Shown: positions 61,057 to 64,000 of the stretch, piece after piece
Layout of the letters: each line of letters opens with the position of its first letter
How positions within the stretch are numbered: the stretch's first letter is position 1
Assembly (NCBI GenBank): GCA_050013595.1
Contig: JBEKEY010000002.1
Span: forward strand, 1,522-65,521
Reading direction: 5' to 3'
DNA length: 64,000 nucleotides
From: Thermoplasmata archaeon
GTDB lineage: Archaea; Thermoplasmatota; Thermoplasmata; Lutacidiplasmatales; UBA184
Program-made: the position numbers and the translations under genes
Notes under the pieces: generated by a model
Databases searched by the model: none
What the model was told of the DNA's origin: nothing
Seen by the model: the letters and a program-made list of their open reading frames with translations, nothing else

Positions 61057-61368
61057 TTAACCGCTTCGGACGGACAACGGGGCGCTCCGCTGAAACCGGA
61101 GGAGTTCTCCCTCCGGGTTGAACGCGAACACGAATCGTGCGTTCGCTTCTCCCGAGGTCACGGCACACGTTCGTCCCCGTCGGTCCCCGGCGATCTCGAT
61201 CGAGTCGATCTCGTTCCACCCGGTATCCTGCTTGACCCGGGCGATCAGCCCCCGATACTGGACCACGCAAAGGTCGCAGCAGAAGAACAATCGCTCACCC
61301 TCGACCTCAGCCCAGACGTTCCCCCACGTGGAGTTGCAAATGGCGCAGCCGTCGTAGTTACGCTTCAA
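61057..61368 (-). CDS. small Cys-rich (probable zinc-binding) protein
   Basis: 103 aa from TTG 61368 (MKRNYDGCAICNSTWGNVWAEVEGERLFFCCDLCVVQY...). It overlaps the upstream gene's end by 11 nt. From memory it resembles the Thermoplasma TA0938-type zinc protein family. Confidence 0.55.
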   Translation of the reverse strand: MKRNYDGCAICNSTWGNVWAEVEGERLFFCCDLCVVQYRGLIARVKQDTGWNEIDSIEIAGDRRGRTCAVTSGEANARFVFAFNPEGELLRFQRSAPLSVRSG

Positions 61369-62254
61369 ACTGCCCCGCCCGTTCCAGTCGTGCGATGAGG
61401 TAATCGTCGAAGAGGTCGATCGAACGCAAGAAGACGGCTTGAACCTCCTCCACCACATCGAGCTCCCCCGCGAACCGGCTGGCGAGAGCCAGCGCTTCGT
61501 CCGAATGTCCTACGTCCGCTTCGTAGCCTTCCCGGAGGAACCCCTGGGCCGCGCCGGTGATCTCGTTCCCGCTGAGGATCGTCGGGTCGAAATAGTGCAC
61601 CGAAGCGCCGTCGTCGGTGAGATTGCGATTCGCAATGAGCTCGAGACTGTGCATGGCCGTCAGGACGGCCACCCAATGCTCGCGGGTCGCCATCTCTCCC
61701 CATTGCTCGATGGCCCGGCGCGTCGCCGGAAGCGGAGGAGTGGAAAGCACCGTGGCGCGATCGACGCCGAGGCTTTCGCCCATTCGGAGCAAGAGCTCGT
61801 AGTGAGAAGGGCGGTCCGGGCCGAATCCGGCGTACTCGGTGGTCAGATTGTCGAGCTCGTACTGAATGACCTCGGGCCGGTCGGTGCGGGCCATGATGTA
61901 CGCGCACGAGCGCACCCATTGTCGGAGAAAGTGCTGGTGCTCGACCACGTACCCGAGCAGCGTGGCTCGCGACGGATGTTGCAACGCCAGGACGAAAGGA
62001 TGGGGCACTTTTCCGAAGAACTTCGCGATGAATCGCATCTTGACCCATCGCGTGAGTGAGGTGGGACCGAGGTCGAAGAACGCTCGGAGGGGCGGAACGA
62101 GCGATCCCGCCTCGGTCTTTCGGCGCGTGAGGTTCTGGTTCAGCCATCGAACGTGATCCGAATCGCTCGCATCGGCCTGGTCGACCAAGTGCTGAGCCAA
62201 GGCGGGAAAGTCCGCTCGCGCGAACCCGACCAGACAGGCCGGACACTTCGTCAC
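61358..62254 (-). CDS. heme-oxygenase-like fold (PqqC/TenA/Haem_oxygenase_2-type, possibly di-iron) protein with an N-terminal CPAC motif
   Basis: 298 aa, all-helical pattern. GYVVEHQHFLRQWVRSCAYIMA...HYELLLRMGESLG...EHWVAVLTAMHSLELIA...FLREGYEADVGH carries spaced E/H residues typical of this fold. Confidence 0.6.
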   Translation of the reverse strand: MTKCPACLVGFARADFPALAQHLVDQADASDSDHVRWLNQNLTRRKTEAGSLVPPLRAFFDLGPTSLTRWVKMRFIAKFFGKVPHPFVLALQHPSRATLLGYVVEHQHFLRQWVRSCAYIMARTDRPEVIQYELDNLTTEYAGFGPDRPSHYELLLRMGESLGVDRATVLSTPPLPATRRAIEQWGEMATREHWVAVLTAMHSLELIANRNLTDDGASVHYFDPTILSGNEITGAAQGFLREGYEADVGHSDEALALASRFAGELDVVEEVQAVFLRSIDLFDDYLIARLERAGQFEA

Positions 62255-62272
62255 GAATTCGACCTCCTCCCG

Positions 62273-62488
62273 TCAGAAGGGAAACGATGGAGGCAGGCGG
62301 CCCCGAAGCTTCTGATACTCCGGTTCGGAGCCGTATCGCTGCGCCATGGCGGCGAGGGTCTGCTTGACGTCCTCGGGAGTACGGCGTCGGCTATCGGCGA
62401 CCATCCCGACCGTGCCTTCGAAGTCCGCGCCACACGCCTCGTAGCAGTTCCCCATTCCGGTGAGCAGCTCGCGTTCCCGGGAATCCAC
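62273..62488 (-). CDS. small protein (71 aa), first gene of the heme-oxygenase-like operon
   Basis: MDSRERELLTGMGNCYEACGADFEGTV...YQKLRGRLPPSFPF. It lies 18 nt upstream of the next gene and has host-like codon bias. Confidence 0.5.
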   Translation of the reverse strand: MDSRERELLTGMGNCYEACGADFEGTVGMVADSRRRTPEDVKQTLAAMAQRYGSEPEYQKLRGRLPPSFPF

Positions 62489-62611
62489 ACGGAAAGGAAT
62501 CCGGGCGACCCCTTAAGGATTCACTGGACGGCATGGAGATGGGCCGACACGGCCGCGAAAGTGGCGCCGGAAACGTGGATTATCCGCTGCACCTACCTCC
62601 GAGAGTTCGGG

Positions 62612-64000
62612 TTACTTCTGACGTCCCTTCCGCACGCCCGCGAAGGCCGCCTTGCGAAGCTTGCGGAGTCGTGCCTTGGCCTGGCGATGGGTCAGGGTCG
62701 AAGTGTCCACGTCGATCGGCTGGCCGGTGGCCTGCGCCTCGTGGGCCACGGCGAGTTCGAAGAGATGCTTTCCCAGTTTCCCCAACGGTCGGTCGAGGAA
62801 GTCGATCAAGCGGCCGCTGAATTTGAGGGGTCGAGCCGCGACCTGGGGCCACTCCTCGGGCGGTCGCGGGCGATCCCGTGTGAGCACGGTCGCGATATCT
62901 TCGGCGCCCGCGTCGCGCAAGGTGAGGGGGCCACCGAGCGGCCATCGCTCTCGTAGCGTTCGGATCACGGAGGTCGAACGGAACACGGGATTCACCACGG
63001 TTCCCGGGTCGACCCAGGCTGAGATGGCGAGGGTCGGGATTCGGACCCCAGCGCGCTCGAATGTGAAGCCCATCTGACCGGGGGGAGCGCCGGGCGAGGG
63101 GGCGGGGACCGCGGGCGGAGGAACATGGTCGTAGGTCCCGCCATGCTCGTCGAACGTGACGATGAGGAGAGTGTTTTGCCAGTTGGATCCCTTGGTATTC
63201 GATGCGTCCCGGACCGAGCTGTAGACATCGGCGAGCAGCTGTTCGCCCCGCAGCATCGACGCGGGAGCCGGAAGTCCGAGACGGTGTCTCGTGCGGGCGA
63301 ACCCGGGCGGATGCATGTCGTCCCGCGGAGGCAGGATGTTCGGCTCGATGAACGAATACGCCGGCAACGTCCCCGCCGCTGCCTCGGCGTGGAAGTCGTG
63401 GATCGTGGAGAAGTGCGTATCGAAGTGGGCCGCGAGCCGGCGGGCGTGGATCAGACCCGTGATCGAAACGATCTGTTCGGGGTTGATGTAGACCTTCCAC
63501 GGAAGCTTCGCCTCCTCCAGACGTTCGAAGATGGTGGGAGCGTCGTTCTGCGTGACGAAGTTCTTCAGGGGAAAATCGAGGACGAGACCGGACGAAGACG
63601 CGGCATGGAAGAATGACCGGTTGGGCAGGGTCTGTGTCGGAACCTCGCAGAACCAGTGGTCAAAGCACGCGAATCCCTTCGCGAGCGTGGTCAGTACCGG
63701 AATCTGATCCGGAGTATAGGAGGCCATGATCTCCGAATACTCGTCGTACGATGGAAGGCGGCCGACCTCCGTCCGGAACGAGTTGATGTAGTCGGCCACA
63801 AACCCATTCATCCCGGGCACCGCGTCCGCTGAGCGGGGGGCGTTGAAGGGCCCCGCCATCTCTTTGGCCGGCTTGAACCGGTTCTCCGGCGGATCGACCG
63901 TTCCGAACAGTTGGGTGTTGATGTGGGGATACTCCTCGCCCGGATCCGGGTCGGGAACGTCGAGGTCGGTCGCCGGATGTACGGGAACCGTCCGTCGGTC
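62612..64000 (-). CDS. phosphoesterase-family protein (phospholipase C / acid phosphatase type), 5' end beyond the window
   Basis: IVTFDEHGGTYDHVPPP and LPNRSFFHAASSSG are present. The reading frame stays open from 63859 to 64000 (...DRRTVPVHPATDLDVPDPDPGEEYPHINTQLFG...), and the family's N-terminal ENRSFD region is missing. The gene is therefore truncated by the window edge. Confidence 0.8.
   Translation of the reverse strand, partial: DRRTVPVHPATDLDVPDPDPGEEYPHINTQLFGTVDPPENRFKPAKEMAGPFNAPRSADAVPGMNGFVADYINSFRTEVGRLPSYDEYSEIMASYTPDQIPVLTTLAKGFACFDHWFCEVPTQTLPNRSFFHAASSSGLVLDFPLKNFVTQNDAPTIFERLEEAKLPWKVYINPEQIVSITGLIHARRLAAHFDTHFSTIHDFHAEAAAGTLPAYSFIEPNILPPRDDMHPPGFARTRHRLGLPAPASMLRGEQLLADVYSSVRDASNTKGSNWQNTLLIVTFDEHGGTYDHVPPPAVPAPSPGAPPGQMGFTFERAGVRIPTLAISAWVDPGTVVNPVFRSTSVIRTLRERWPLGGPLTLRDAGAEDIATVLTRDRPRPPEEWPQVAARPLKFSGRLIDFLDRPLGKLGKHLFELAVAHEAQATGQPIDVDTSTLTHRQAKARLRKLRKAAFAGVRKGRQK

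Noticed and set aside
1-64000. Search for CRISPR arrays, IS elements or transposases, integrases, rRNA genes and long direct repeats.
   Set aside because: I saw none on reading both strands. The only tRNA (44172..44244) has no adjacent integrase or attachment-type repeat that I could see.

Overview
This is a 64 kb, very GC-rich chromosomal segment (third codon positions are almost always G/C) from an archaeon, with no rRNA, CRISPR array, IS element or integrase that I could recognise. Archaeal markers include the DNA polymerase D small subunit, archaeal DnaG, RNase HII, XPD helicase, SRP19, ribosomal protein S8e and a GPN-loop GTPase. The metabolic and respiratory content looks like an aerobic Thermoplasmatota-like euryarchaeon. 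It has a two-subunit 2-oxoacid:ferredoxin oxidoreductase, ADP-forming acetyl-CoA synthetase, the glucose dehydrogenase plus KDG-aldolase pair of the non-phosphorylative Entner-Doudoroff route, and pyruvoyl arginine decarboxylase. It also carries a SoxM-like terminal oxidase/bc cluster with sulfocyanin-type cupredoxins.

Coding density is about 90 percent. Many genes have a TATA-like box about 25 nt upstream of the start codon, which suggests leaderless transcripts.

The central block (16.6-28.3 kb) is one respiratory locus on both strands. It contains tatA/tatC, Rieske, cytochrome b, small membrane subunits, coxI, heme A and heme O synthases, three cupredoxin proteins and coxII.

Items I think deserve a second look:
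- 54788..55426: a 212-aa protein whose motif spacing matches the GFP/DsRed beta-can family. It lies head-to-head with a class III adenylate cyclase.
- About 26727: coxII is split or frameshifted exactly between TM1 and TM2.
- 42576..44123: a Lon-like AAA+ protein with a zinc-ribbon insert and no protease domain.
- 7436..7738: a 100-aa protein ending in a ribosomal P-stalk-like tail.
- RNase HII and XPD: both have conserved N-terminal motifs upstream of any ATG/GTG/TTG.
- 61057..62488: a three-gene operon of a small protein, a heme-oxygenase-like protein and a zinc protein.

All functional calls come from motifs I recognise by eye; no database search or structure prediction was run. The ORF track uses ATG/GTG/TTG starts and reports the longest ORF, so many starts were moved inward. 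Starts should be treated as uncertain by tens of nucleotides.
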